Positions 1 through 9,655 are shown, numbered from the stretch's first letter. The stretch is DNA of 46,974 nt from Promethearchaeota archaeon Loki_b32 (GCA_005223125.1 NJBH01000031.1:1-46974); one strand, 5' to 3'. Translations and numbers: made by a program. The notes: generated by a model not told the origin, from the letters alone.

Positions 1-1
1 A

Positions 2-337
2 CTAATTCAATTTAATAAATTGGGAAAAAAGAAATTTAATAAAGAGGATATATTTACGACCATTCTATCATTGATTGAGTATCCTCTAGGCTCGAAATAT
101 GATAATCTAACAATAATCTTTCCATCTACAATTCACTATGAGCAAGCTTTTAAAAATGCCCTACTTTTGAGAGAAAAAGGTACTCCTATACCCACTATCG
201 ATATTTTAATAGGTACCATTACTGTAGACAAAAATCTCATATTAGTTTCTGACGATCTTCATTTTCAATATCTTCAAGAAGTCGAACCCCGCTTGAAGAT
301 AATTAGTTCAGAATCATTCATAAAAAAAATAGGATAG
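2..337 (+). CDS. PIN-domain (VapC-like) toxin, 5'-truncated by the window edge
   Basis: Frame is open from nt 2. PIN-type motifs TTILSLIEYP, PIPTIDILIG and LVSDDLHF. Confidence 0.8.
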   Translation, partial: LIQFNKLGKKKFNKEDIFTTILSLIEYPLGSKYDNLTIIFPSTIHYEQAFKNALLLREKGTPIPTIDILIGTITVDKNLILVSDDLHFQYLQEVEPRLKIISSESFIKKIG

Positions 338-393
338 AAATTTATGAAAATAAAAGAAATAAAAAAGAAAATTAGATTTTGTACTTAATGTGT

Positions 394-630
394 TTACTTT
401 ACAGCTTCAAAATAGATATACCATTGCTCATCGTCATCTATGAAGTCTGTTCCTAAATGTTTGTGTTTTGTTTTTGCTAAATCACGTGGAACAGATTCAC
501 TGGCAGGCTTATAATCTGTTACAACTTTTAAAACTGTACCAGGTCTCATTTTCATGAGCTGTTTTTTGGTTTTTAAAGCAGGAACAGGGCATACTGACCC
601 GCAGACATTTAATTCCATATCAAATTTCAT
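394..630 (-). CDS. tusA: TusA/SirA-family sulfur carrier (last gene of the hdr operon)
   Basis: LNVCGSVCPVPALKTKK carries the CPxP persulfide motif, followed by LKVVTD. 78 aa. Confidence 0.9.
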   Translation of the reverse strand: MKFDMELNVCGSVCPVPALKTKKQLMKMRPGTVLKVVTDYKPASESVPRDLAKTKHKHLGTDFIDDDEQWYIYFEAVK

Positions 631-665
631 ATTTTTTTTCCTCTTAATATTTATTAGTTTAGATT

Positions 666-3134
666 TTAATCACATATTAAAGTAAAAATTGGCTCAACCA
701 TTTCAGGATCAACTTTCATTTCAATTTGCATTAATTGAGCTAGTCGAAGTGCTTCATATCGTACTTTTTTAGGTTCTATATTTAATTGTTTTGCCATATC
801 ACTTATAGTACTTGGTCCTTGAATGGTGATATAATCTAAAACCTTTTGTCTTGGAGTTTTTTCAAAAGTTAAAAGCTCGCGTTTTGATTTAAGATTTATA
901 GCATTATTTATTTCTTCCTCGTTTACTTCTCCTTCTTCAAATAAACCACTATTGATCGCGGCCTCTACAATATTGTTACCTCTATCTGTCCAAACTACTA
1001 CTGTTGTATATCCTTTTTGAGAACCAACTTCACCAGCAGTTAAATCAGAATAAATTGCAGGAAAATCTTGGCAATGAGAACAGAAGTGATTACAACTTAA
1101 ACATCGACGAGCTTCTTGTAACGCTATATCTTCATTAAATATTTGATCAATCTCTTCAAAATTCCATTGAATCTCTTCAGTAGCCCTTTCTAGAGTTTCT
1201 GGTTTTAGAGAATAATCCTTTGGAGGCTTTTTAGGGCCTGTGAAAAACATTTTATCTTGCTTATATCGTCCAGCTATCAAATCTTCTCCTTTTATGTATC
1301 TATCTATGGAGATGGCGGCTTCTTTTCCATGAGCTATTGCAGCAATTGCAACAGCTTTTGAATTGTTAATTATATCACCACCAGCAAACACTCCAGGTAT
1401 ATCAGTTTCAAAAGTCACATCATTTACTTTAATCTTATTTCGCTCTTTTTCTAATATGTTATCAGTAGCGACATCAATTTGATCGAAATCAACAGCTTGA
1501 CCAACCGCAATCACAATAGAATCAACTGGAATTTCATAATCTGAATTTTCAACTTTATTTAAAGGTCGTCTACCACTATCATCTGGTGTTCCCCATTCTG
1601 TTTTGTAACAATGTAACACCAGTTTGTCATCTTTATTCTGAGTAATTTGTGATGTTGAGGTTGTGAAATGATACTCCATGAATTTCATTTCATTCTCTGG
1701 GATTTCTTTTAGTGTTAATTCAAGCTGTTCTTCAGTCATGATGTCAACTAGATGAACCTTTTCAGCACCCAGTCTAAGAGCTGTCTGAGCAACGTCAACC
1801 GCAACCGGACCACCCCCAATAATACTTAAGGTTTTCCCATTGAATTCTTCCTTATTTTCCCAGAAACGATATTTTCTATCCATGAGAAACGTAATAGCGA
1901 CATGAACATTAGGTAAGTCTTCTCCTTCTAAGTGAAGTGTTCGAGGTTTATATTGACCAGTGGCGATGAAAATAGCCTCAAATTCATCATTTTTTAGATC
2001 TTCAATAGTCATTTCAGGTCCTAATGGTTTATTTAGAACTATCTCAACCCCTGAATTTTGAATAGTAGTTACATCATAATCTAATACATAGTTTGGTAAT
2101 CTAAATTGTGGTACACCGAATCGTAGCATCCCTCCGGTTTGGTCTGATTTTTCGAAAATCGTAGGAGCATAGCCCATTTTTGCTAAGAAATATCCTGCAG
2201 TTAATCCTGCGGGTCCAGAGCCTATGATTGCTATCTTTTTAGCATTCTCTTTATTCTTCTTCTTTGATTTTGAAACATTTTTAGCTTGTTCGATTTCCCA
2301 TTCTGTCACAAATTTCTTTAGTTCTCGGATTGCTACGGGATGATCATCTCCAATCAAAGTACAATCATGTTCACATTCATTAGTACAAATTCTTCCACAG
2401 ATAGAAGGAAGTGGATTACTTTCACGGATTAAATCAACAGCGTCTTGATATTGACCTTGCCTAATCAAGGAAATATATCCTTGTGCATTTACACCTGATG
2501 GACAACCACTACAGCAAGGAGAACATACTATACCTTTATCAGTTTGTTCTGTTCGCATATGAGAATTACAAAATAAACCAATTTTTAAGATATCTCTATT
2601 CATTGCTTCCTCCAATTCAGCAGCACCTCTCATCTCACAAGGAACACCAATAATTCCTATGGGTTCGAATGTTTCTCCAACAACTTTTACTAATTTTTCT
2701 AAAACTCCTGAACGGCCGTATACTACTCCAGCCTTTTTTATAACTTCATCTGGATCAGTTACAATGTCTGCTTGAGGTTTCTCATCGACATCTTGGACCA
2801 TAATTATTTCAGCAAGCGATTGATTATCCAATAGATTTTTAGCTAGGGTTGTAACTACACCACCATTAGCAGCTTTTGCCAAAATTTCAGGATTTTTACT
2901 TCTTAAAGAATAAATTGCTTTAGGTTGTTTTTGTATAAACTTTTTCTGGATAACTTGAGGACAACTTTGATAGCATTTTCCGCATTCTTGTCCATTTCTC
3001 TCGAGAATACAATAATCCTTCAATGAAGGGCGTAATACTTCCATCTCTATATGCTTACATGAGCCTACGCATAATCCACAACCTTGACATAACCCAACAT
3101 CAATAATTTCTTTTTTCAATAATTCAAAACTCAT
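666..3134 (-). CDS. Fusion flavoprotein: FrhB/FdhB-like domain split by an inserted GltD/NfnB/SudA-like Fe-S/FAD/NAD(P)H module, plus C-terminal winged HTH
   Basis: N-terminal CxxCxxCxxxC and FrhB motifs GGVVT, GVPCE, IGLFC (aa 1-190). GltD-like CP..VN..GYI, NPLPSICGRIC, IIGSGPAG, GGMLRFGVP, GVFAGGD, EARRCLSC (aa ~204-681). FrhB C-terminal CSHCQDF..SDLTAG..GS..GYTTVVVWTDRG. HTH-like tail GPSTISDMAKQLNIEPKKVRY. Confidence 0.8.
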   Translation of the reverse strand: MSFELLKKEIIDVGLCQGCGLCVGSCKHIEMEVLRPSLKDYCILERNGQECGKCYQSCPQVIQKKFIQKQPKAIYSLRSKNPEILAKAANGGVVTTLAKNLLDNQSLAEIIMVQDVDEKPQADIVTDPDEVIKKAGVVYGRSGVLEKLVKVVGETFEPIGIIGVPCEMRGAAELEEAMNRDILKIGLFCNSHMRTEQTDKGIVCSPCCSGCPSGVNAQGYISLIRQGQYQDAVDLIRESNPLPSICGRICTNECEHDCTLIGDDHPVAIRELKKFVTEWEIEQAKNVSKSKKKNKENAKKIAIIGSGPAGLTAGYFLAKMGYAPTIFEKSDQTGGMLRFGVPQFRLPNYVLDYDVTTIQNSGVEIVLNKPLGPEMTIEDLKNDEFEAIFIATGQYKPRTLHLEGEDLPNVHVAITFLMDRKYRFWENKEEFNGKTLSIIGGGPVAVDVAQTALRLGAEKVHLVDIMTEEQLELTLKEIPENEMKFMEYHFTTSTSQITQNKDDKLVLHCYKTEWGTPDDSGRRPLNKVENSDYEIPVDSIVIAVGQAVDFDQIDVATDNILEKERNKIKVNDVTFETDIPGVFAGGDIINNSKAVAIAAIAHGKEAAISIDRYIKGEDLIAGRYKQDKMFFTGPKKPPKDYSLKPETLERATEEIQWNFEEIDQIFNEDIALQEARRCLSCNHFCSHCQDFPAIYSDLTAGEVGSQKGYTTVVVWTDRGNNIVEAAINSGLFEEGEVNEEEINNAINLKSKRELLTFEKTPRQKVLDYITIQGPSTISDMAKQLNIEPKKVRYEALRLAQLMQIEMKVDPEMVEPIFTLICD

Positions 3135-3136
3135 AT

Positions 3137-4372
3137 TTATCCCTCAATTATCGTAATTTCTTTAATAATACCATTAGGATCTACGGTATATTCAACTGAA
3201 CCGTTCTTATAGTTTCCCTCAACCACATCAAAAACGTGGGTTTTATAATCATCAAATGTGTCATTTTCATTAATTTTTGATTTAAATCCACCAAAGAAGA
3301 TATTAGATAAATTCATATTACCCGCAATTTTTCGTATTTTATTTGTTATTTCTTTATACTGTTTTGGATTTTCATTTTCTAAAGCTTTCTTAAGATCAGT
3401 TTCTAATGTCAATAATTCTTCACGATATTTCTTTGTTCCCTCGCTTATTTCAATTTGATTCGCTTTTTCATATGATTCAATAATTTTTAGCGTTAATGAA
3501 ATTGACTTACTTCCTCCTAATAATCCAGAAATTAATGGCAATTCTTCAATTAATCTTCCTGTAAATACATTTTCTAGTAATGTACCCGAGGATGTTATTC
3601 TTCCTTTAGGCAAACCTGAAGTAGGCAATGTGAATCTAAAGAAATTACCAAGAATATCTGGTAAACTTCTTATTACATCATCTTCTTCATCCCCAAGTTT
3701 ATCGGTAGCACCTTTTTCAGAGTGTTCAGTTGCTACTTCGATATTTCCCATAAGAGTACCAAACATTCCTAACATTCTAATACCAGATCTTTTTACCATC
3801 GGTTTGCAACCTCTGCAAGGTGTGTTGTAGTTGATACATCGTTCTTTACATTCTTTAGCAATAAATCCATTACATAGAAATCCTAAATCATTATAACACG
3901 TTTCGTTATCATCTAATTCAATTTGGCGGTGTACAGAATCTAAATATTCACAAGTTGCACTACGTGCACACACCTCACAGAGAGTTTTCAGTTCTGATGG
4001 TTCATCACCGGTTATCAATGACTTCAATTCCTCAATTTCCCCTAAACAACCATTAACATTTATTTGATTATCAATAAATTCTTTTAAAGGTGTAATTTCA
4101 TAACCATGTTGATTCGCTAATGCGAAAATTCCTCCCATTGTTGTACAATTCCCATAAGCAATAACACGTTCTGAGTTTGTTTTAATTTTTTCTAAATTTT
4201 TCTTATCACTCGGTAATAAATACCCCGTAATTACAGCTACTTCAGTTTTTTCTCCCTTCCAATTTTGTGGTTCACTAATAAATTGTATCTTATTATCAGT
4301 ATCAAGCTTCAGGAGTAAGGTTTCATTAAAACATTTATTACATCCATTAAATTGAAAAATTTTAACATCCAT
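3137..4372 (-). CDS. MvhG-like hydrogenase small subunit fused to a degenerate [NiFe] large-subunit (MvhA-like) remnant
   Basis: Small-subunit motifs GCNKC, AYGNCTTMGGI, NGC, LCEVC, CY..LGFLC.G and C..RC....PCRGC. The C-terminal ~145 aa resemble MvhA segments but contain no Cys. Confidence 0.75.
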   Translation of the reverse strand: MDVKIFQFNGCNKCFNETLLLKLDTDNKIQFISEPQNWKGEKTEVAVITGYLLPSDKKNLEKIKTNSERVIAYGNCTTMGGIFALANQHGYEITPLKEFIDNQINVNGCLGEIEELKSLITGDEPSELKTLCEVCARSATCEYLDSVHRQIELDDNETCYNDLGFLCNGFIAKECKERCINYNTPCRGCKPMVKRSGIRMLGMFGTLMGNIEVATEHSEKGATDKLGDEEDDVIRSLPDILGNFFRFTLPTSGLPKGRITSSGTLLENVFTGRLIEELPLISGLLGGSKSISLTLKIIESYEKANQIEISEGTKKYREELLTLETDLKKALENENPKQYKEITNKIRKIAGNMNLSNIFFGGFKSKINENDTFDDYKTHVFDVVEGNYKNGSVEYTVDPNGIIKEITIIEG

Positions 4373-4820
4373 CTTTTATAGTCCCCTCATCTTTAATTGC
4401 TGTTGATAATCTTTCTATTATATCTTCAAAATCTCCTACTGCAGTTTCACCCTCTGCGGCTCTTGAAGTATACTGGTTTACGAATTGATCACTATATCCT
4501 AATTCTTTAAATAACTTCTTCATAAGTTTAATTCTGTGCATTGAAAGCACATTTCCGTTAAAGAAATGACACGCTCCTAAACAGCATCCAACACAAGCAA
4601 CCGCATCTGCCCCATTATTTAATGCATCCATAATCTGAATAGGACCAATTTGACCAGTACATTGAACTCTGATAATTCTTATCGATGGATCATATCCTAT
4701 TCGCGCAACACCTGCAGTATTGGCAGACCCTTGTCCACATTCATTACACATGAATACAACAACATCCTGAATTTTTTCTTTTATTAATTCATCCGTGATT
4801 TCACATTCGCTCATTCGCAT
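4362..4820 (-). CDS. mvhD: MvhD/FlpD [2Fe-2S] subunit (start probably the second Met, 4814)
   Basis: FMCNEC, IRIIRVQCTG, GADAV..VGC..GACHF.NGN. Overlaps the hdrA stop. Confidence 0.9.
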   Translation of the reverse strand: MRMSECEITDELIKEKIQDVVVFMCNECGQGSANTAGVARIGYDPSIRIIRVQCTGQIGPIQIMDALNNGADAVACVGCCLGACHFFNGNVLSMHRIKLMKKLFKELGYSDQFVNQYTSRAAEGETAVGDFEDIIERLSTAIKDEGTIKDGC

Positions 4821-6841
4821 ACAGCACCTCCGCCAGATACTGCAATAATTTCATCTAATAGTTGATCATCGCTAAAATTAATTAATTGAATTGCTCCTGT
4901 AGGACACACTGGCATACACATGCCACAAGATTTACACGCAATTTCATTTACAACTGGAACACCATTTTCATCAATGTCTATTGCTGCCGGAGCGCATACA
5001 GTTTTACATAATCCACAATTTACGCATAAATCATAATCAATTGAAGGAATTAACATTTCTCTTTCGATATAACCCTTGACTAAAGGAGCTGCAGCTAAAG
5101 CGGCAGCATTTCCTGCATGAGCAACAGTTTCTGAAATATCTTTGGGACCCTGAATTGCTCCTGCTAAGAAAATACCTCCCTTACTACTTAAGGTTGGATT
5201 CATTTTAATGTGAAATTCTTTTAGAAATCCTTCTTTGGATCGTAAAATTTGAAGTTTAGAGCCAAGAGGACCAATACCCTCAGGAGGAACCATAGCAGCA
5301 GAAAGTACAACTAAATCTGCTTTTAGTTTTAAGGGTGTCTGGCTTAATGTATCCTCAACAATTACTCTTAATTCTCCTGAAATTGGATCTTTAATAATCT
5401 CTGATGGTCTTCCTCGTATAAATCTCACTCCAATCTCTTGAGCAGATTTGTAAAGCTCTTCAAAATTCAATCCTGGAGTTCTTATATCTATATAACATAT
5501 AGAAACAACAGTATCAGGGTACATTTCTTTAATAATTCGCGCGTTTTTTATCGCAAATTTACAACAAACACCAGTACAATATTGATTTCCTACTTGATCA
5601 TTTCTACTTCCTACACATTGGATCATAACCACATTTTTTGGGATCTTTCCATCAGAAGGTCGTAAAACTTCACTGTTTGTTAATGAAGTAGGAGATAACA
5701 TTCTCTCTAATTTTAATTGCGTAATGACATCTTCGTATCCTTCTTGACCATAATGATAAGGTTCAATTTCAGCTGGGTTATATTCATCATAACCGACAGC
5801 AACAATAATCGAGCCAACTTTTACAGTCTTAGTCTCAGGTTGCATAGAAAAATCAACGGCTTGGACAGGGCAGACATTAATACAAGTATTACATTCGATA
5901 CAATCTTTCTTATCTCTTACGTATGTAGCGGGTATTGCCTGTGGATACGCTTTATAGATTGCATTTCTCATAGACATTCCCATATCCCATTCATTTGGCA
6001 ATTCAACAGGACAATTTGCAGCACAATCTCCACATGAAGTGCAGTTATCTTTAACATATCTAGGCTTTATTTCAATTTCAACTTCAAAATTTCCTAAAGA
6101 TCCTTCAATGTTTTTAATTTGAGCATTTGTATATAGTTCTATTAAATTATGATTCGCTACTCCATTCGTGAGAGGTGAAATTGAACATTGCGGACATTCT
6201 AATGTTGGAAATGTTTTATTTAATCGTGTCATATGACCCCCTATAGTAGATTCTTTTTCTACTAAATATACGGGAATCCCTAATTCAGCCATATCAAAAG
6301 CTGATCGGAGTCCCGCAATTCCAGCTCCGATAACTAAAGCTGCTTTTGTTGTCGGAATCCTTCTAGTTTCAACATCTTCCAACTTTCTTGCTCGATTAAC
6401 ACCTGCTTCAACTAATCTCATAGCTTTCTGAGTTGCTTTTTCTTTTTCTTTTTGGTGAACCCAACTATCATATTCTCTCACATTGACTTGTTGGTGGCGA
6501 TGTTTATTTAATCCAACTTCTTCAATTGCTCTTGCAAAAGTTTTACCATGTTGATTTTTAGAACATGATGCAACCACCGTTCTGTTAACGCCTAATTCCT
6601 TGATAGAATCCTTAACCATTTGAACTCCTGGTTTTGAACACATGAACATATAATGCTCAGCCTTAATAACATTAGGTAACGTTTTAGCATACTTAGCAAC
6701 TTCAGCCACATCGACAGTTCCAGCTATATTATGACCACAGTGACAAACAAACACACCAATTCTAGGTTCTTCAGAATCTTCAGCTATTGCCACACCCTCA
6801 ACTTCTTCTGTTTCTTTTATTTTATTATCTTTAGCTGCCAT
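4811..6841 (-). CDS. hdrA: Heterodisulfide reductase subunit A (FAD, electron-bifurcating type)
   Basis: IGVFVCHCG.NIAGTVDV, IGAGIAG, KTFPTLECPQC, inserted and C-terminal 2x[4Fe-4S] domains, IQCVGSR...YCTGVCC, GIFLAG..QGPKDI. Confidence 0.95.
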   Translation of the reverse strand: MAAKDNKIKETEEVEGVAIAEDSEEPRIGVFVCHCGHNIAGTVDVAEVAKYAKTLPNVIKAEHYMFMCSKPGVQMVKDSIKELGVNRTVVASCSKNQHGKTFARAIEEVGLNKHRHQQVNVREYDSWVHQKEKEKATQKAMRLVEAGVNRARKLEDVETRRIPTTKAALVIGAGIAGLRSAFDMAELGIPVYLVEKESTIGGHMTRLNKTFPTLECPQCSISPLTNGVANHNLIELYTNAQIKNIEGSLGNFEVEIEIKPRYVKDNCTSCGDCAANCPVELPNEWDMGMSMRNAIYKAYPQAIPATYVRDKKDCIECNTCINVCPVQAVDFSMQPETKTVKVGSIIVAVGYDEYNPAEIEPYHYGQEGYEDVITQLKLERMLSPTSLTNSEVLRPSDGKIPKNVVMIQCVGSRNDQVGNQYCTGVCCKFAIKNARIIKEMYPDTVVSICYIDIRTPGLNFEELYKSAQEIGVRFIRGRPSEIIKDPISGELRVIVEDTLSQTPLKLKADLVVLSAAMVPPEGIGPLGSKLQILRSKEGFLKEFHIKMNPTLSSKGGIFLAGAIQGPKDISETVAHAGNAAALAAAPLVKGYIEREMLIPSIDYDLCVNCGLCKTVCAPAAIDIDENGVPVVNEIACKSCGMCMPVCPTGAIQLINFSDDQLLDEIIAVSGGGAVCE

Positions 6842-7762
6842 TTAAATTGCTTCCTCTCCCTCTTTTTTCATTTCTTCTCCCCCAAAAATATAATTCTTGC
6901 CCATTAATTGATATTGGAGACCAACAAATTCTTGATCCATTCCCATACAATAGGCAGTTAATTGAGAAAGATGAATTACAGGATAATCGTAATTACAATT
7001 CTTATTTTTATTCAAATAATCTTGCCCAGTTTCATATTGTAAATGACAAAACGGACAAATATCTAATATAAAATCGGGTTTTACTTCATCAATATTTTTC
7101 ATTTTTTCAGCAAATATAGTCATACTTGCGTTTCCATCATAAGCTTTAACCCCTCCTCCAGCACCGCAGCAAGTAAGTTGTTCTTTAAATCTAACTGATT
7201 CTATTCCTAAAACTTCAACAAATTCCTCTACAATTGTTGGTCCTTCTGAACTTTCAATCTCTCTAATCCTTGTTGGTTTCAGAAAATGACAACCGTAATG
7301 AACAGCAGCTTTAGCATTTACCTTTCGAACGAGATGATCTTCAATACCCCATGGTCCAACCTCGTATCCTAAGACTTCTGCAATATGTCTTACATCTATG
7401 GAGCCCTTAAACTCATAATCTCCGATCAGTTTCAGCCTTTCATTTACCAAATCCCGATGTTCTTCACTCTCCTTTAAGTGTTTATTAACTTCTTGGAGTG
7501 TACCAAAACACCCATTACAAACAGTTAAAATATCAGCATCTAACTGTTCTGCTATACAAAGATTTCTTGCTGCTGCTACCATCCAATCAACTTTATTAAA
7601 TGAACGGAATACTCCTGGAGCAGGACAACATGTTGCTCTTTCCATATCTAAAAGTTCATAACCTAGTTTTCCCATTACAAATTTTGTTGATTTTTCAATA
7701 GCAGGATACCGATTTGGCATCAAACAACCCAAAAAGAAAGCAAATGTGTTTTCTTTAGTCAT
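6842..7762 (-). CDS. hdrB: Heterodisulfide reductase subunit B (two CCG domains)
   Basis: FLGC, TCCPAPG, VCNGC, HYGCH, TCCGAGGG, ICPFCHLQY. Confidence 0.95.
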   Translation of the reverse strand: MTKENTFAFFLGCLMPNRYPAIEKSTKFVMGKLGYELLDMERATCCPAPGVFRSFNKVDWMVAAARNLCIAEQLDADILTVCNGCFGTLQEVNKHLKESEEHRDLVNERLKLIGDYEFKGSIDVRHIAEVLGYEVGPWGIEDHLVRKVNAKAAVHYGCHFLKPTRIREIESSEGPTIVEEFVEVLGIESVRFKEQLTCCGAGGGVKAYDGNASMTIFAEKMKNIDEVKPDFILDICPFCHLQYETGQDYLNKNKNCNYDYPVIHLSQLTAYCMGMDQEFVGLQYQLMGKNYIFGGEEMKKEGEEAI

Positions 7763-7765
7763 TTT

Positions 7766-8323
7766 TTACGCATCCTCTTCTTCTTTCTTTTCCTCTTTAA
7801 CTGGAGGTAAATCAAACATATGTTCTTCAATATTTTTCAAATCTTTATCATCCCCCTCCTGTTTAAATTTAAACGCAGTAGGGGGTAATTCTTCTAATCC
7901 TAATTCGACTCTTCGTTTTTTAATTTCATCATTTATTGGTACGGCATGTCCAAAGTTCTTCAAATACCCTACAACAGCCCTATGATTAGGAGAAATATTT
8001 CCTAATTTAGTAGCATAATTTCTTAACTCCATGATTACATCTGTAGGTCTCACATCACGCGGACACCGTTCATAACACTGATAACATGTAGTACATAACC
8101 ATATATCAGGATCCTTTAAAACCGATAAATCTCCTAACACAACTTTTCTAATTATTAAACGAGTCTTTAAAGCAGTCCATCTACCACTTTCACAGCTTGC
8201 TGTACATGTTCCACATTGGATGCACTGCCAAATATTTGATTTTCTCTCAATATTTTTGAAAAAATCTTTATCAAAATCTTCGTCTGTTTTAAACTCCCTT
8301 GATTCTTCTTCTACATCAGACGT
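7766..8323 (-). CDS. hdrC: Heterodisulfide reductase subunit C, apparently ACG-initiated (185 aa)
   Basis: The frame extends upstream of the ORF-track start to include the first cluster motif CIQCGTCTASC. The second motif is WLCTTCYQCYERCPRDV. The frame is closed by TGA-TGA-TAA just before ACG at 8323, which follows GGTGA. Confidence 0.9.
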   Translation of the reverse strand, partial: TSDVEEESREFKTDEDFDKDFFKNIERKSNIWQCIQCGTCTASCESGRWTALKTRLIIRKVVLGDLSVLKDPDIWLCTTCYQCYERCPRDVRPTDVIMELRNYATKLGNISPNHRAVVGYLKNFGHAVPINDEIKKRRVELGLEELPPTAFKFKQEGDDKDLKNIEEHMFDLPPVKEEKKEEEDA

Positions 8324-8383
8324 TTATCATCACCTTTTTTGAAATATAAAATAAAAAAAAAAAATTTTATGTTAATTTATAAT

Positions 8384-8806
8384 TTATAAGGAGACTATTC
8401 TGCCTCCATTGCTCATTTCTAAAAATGAAGCAGCTCCAACAGGATCTTCAGCAAAATCGAGTATATTTTCATGCTTAATTCCCATTAAATCCATTGTCAT
8501 TTGACATGGAAATAATTTTAAATTACCACTTTCGACACCGTCCTTAATTAAAGCCCATGGATCTTCAATACCAAACTTTTTCATCCTTTTTCTAAATATT
8601 TTTGCTCCCATACCTTTCATAGGAGTAGGCATGCCAGCAACTTTTGGTTTAAACTTTCTTGTTAATAGGTTCAAACCCCAAAAAGTAAAGAAAAAGTTCA
8701 TCTTCATATCCATAGCGTCCCCTGTTGAACCAAGGATAGCCATCATCGCAAACTTCTCGAATGATTTATCCTTTACAATAAAATTTATTGTTTCAGTTTC
8801 AGCCAC
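8384..8806 (-). CDS. DsrE2/DrsE-family sulfurtransferase (peroxiredoxin-like fold)
   Basis: FFFTFWGL, FPCQMTMDLMG (conserved Cys) and GAASFL. Likely GTG start at 8806 after AGGTGG. Confidence 0.85.
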   Translation of the reverse strand: MAETETINFIVKDKSFEKFAMMAILGSTGDAMDMKMNFFFTFWGLNLLTRKFKPKVAGMPTPMKGMGAKIFRKRMKKFGIEDPWALIKDGVESGNLKLFPCQMTMDLMGIKHENILDFAEDPVGAASFLEMSNGGRIVSL

Positions 8807-8928
8807 ATATACCACCTTTTTTTGTTTGTTTTTTTTTGGAAATTTCCTTTATTTTGTTTAATACTAAACTTTTTCTGGTTTTAACCAGATTTTATTTAAA
8901 AATTTTTTGATTAAATTTTTTTATTCCA

Positions 8929-9270
8929 CTACATCCATGATATAACTTTTGGTGTAGCATCAATAACATCTATAAGATCATCATATTCTATTGATTTAAT
9001 TTTGTCAGCTATATATTCTGGAGCTATCCCGCGAGCCTTCAAATCTGATTTCAATGCAAATACAACCACATCTAAGCTAAGGAGTTCTTCCATTTGTTTT
9101 GGTATTTTTCCCTTTGTTGATATACCAATTACACCATCGTGAATCAAGACTAATCCAAGTTTCGTGTTCTTTTTAATCTGACTTTTTAAAATTGGTAATA
9201 ATCTCTGCAATTGATTCCCTGTTAACCCACTAAATCCAAACAAATATATAATATCAAGATTTTCTGTCAT
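8929..9270 (-). CDS. DsrH/TusB-like sulfur relay subunit
   Basis: LIHDGV, FALKSDLKARGI and IEYDDLIDVI..TPKVISW. Third gene of an E-F-H triad. Confidence 0.8.
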   Translation of the reverse strand: MTENLDIIYLFGFSGLTGNQLQRLLPILKSQIKKNTKLGLVLIHDGVIGISTKGKIPKQMEELLSLDVVVFALKSDLKARGIAPEYIADKIKSIEYDDLIDVIDATPKVISWM

Positions 9271-9286
9271 ACTTTTTTATCCTTCC

Positions 9287-9655
9287 TTAAAATCTAAAAG
9301 ATGTATCGGCTTGAGCAATCAAATCTGTTAAATCATCATAATCAATGATTTTCAGGTTCTCATACTCAATCAAATCATCTTTTGTTAATCCTGCCTCAGT
9401 TAAAGCTGATTCAATAAGAAATACTTCCAAATCAGACAGATCCGCCATCTCTAATACTTCTGCTAAAGGATCCATCCCTACAGCTTCAGGATCACAATAT
9501 TTACTAAATAGATACACAGCATCTCCCGTGAATACAATCTTACAATCTATAAATTCTCCAAGGGCAGTGAATCCTGAACCGATCCTTATTGCTTCACCTG
9601 CCGAATTTCTTCCAATAGGCGATTGGTCACTTATTATTACTACAGATTCCACCAT
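9287..9655 (-). CDS. DsrF/TusC-like sulfur relay subunit
   Basis: SPIG...AGEAIR, VFTGDAVY and SALTEAGL. ATG at 9655 follows GGAGGT. Confidence 0.8.
   Translation of the reverse strand: MVESVVIISDQSPIGRNSAGEAIRIGSGFTALGEFIDCKIVFTGDAVYLFSKYCDPEAVGMDPLAEVLEMADLSDLEVFLIESALTEAGLTKDDLIEYENLKIIDYDDLTDLIAQADTSFRF

Noticed and set aside
4362-6841. Selenocysteine recoding in hdrA/mvhD, which are selenoproteins in some archaea including Lokiarchaeia
   Set aside because: Both ORFs are uninterrupted, with Cys at the motif positions and no in-frame TGA.
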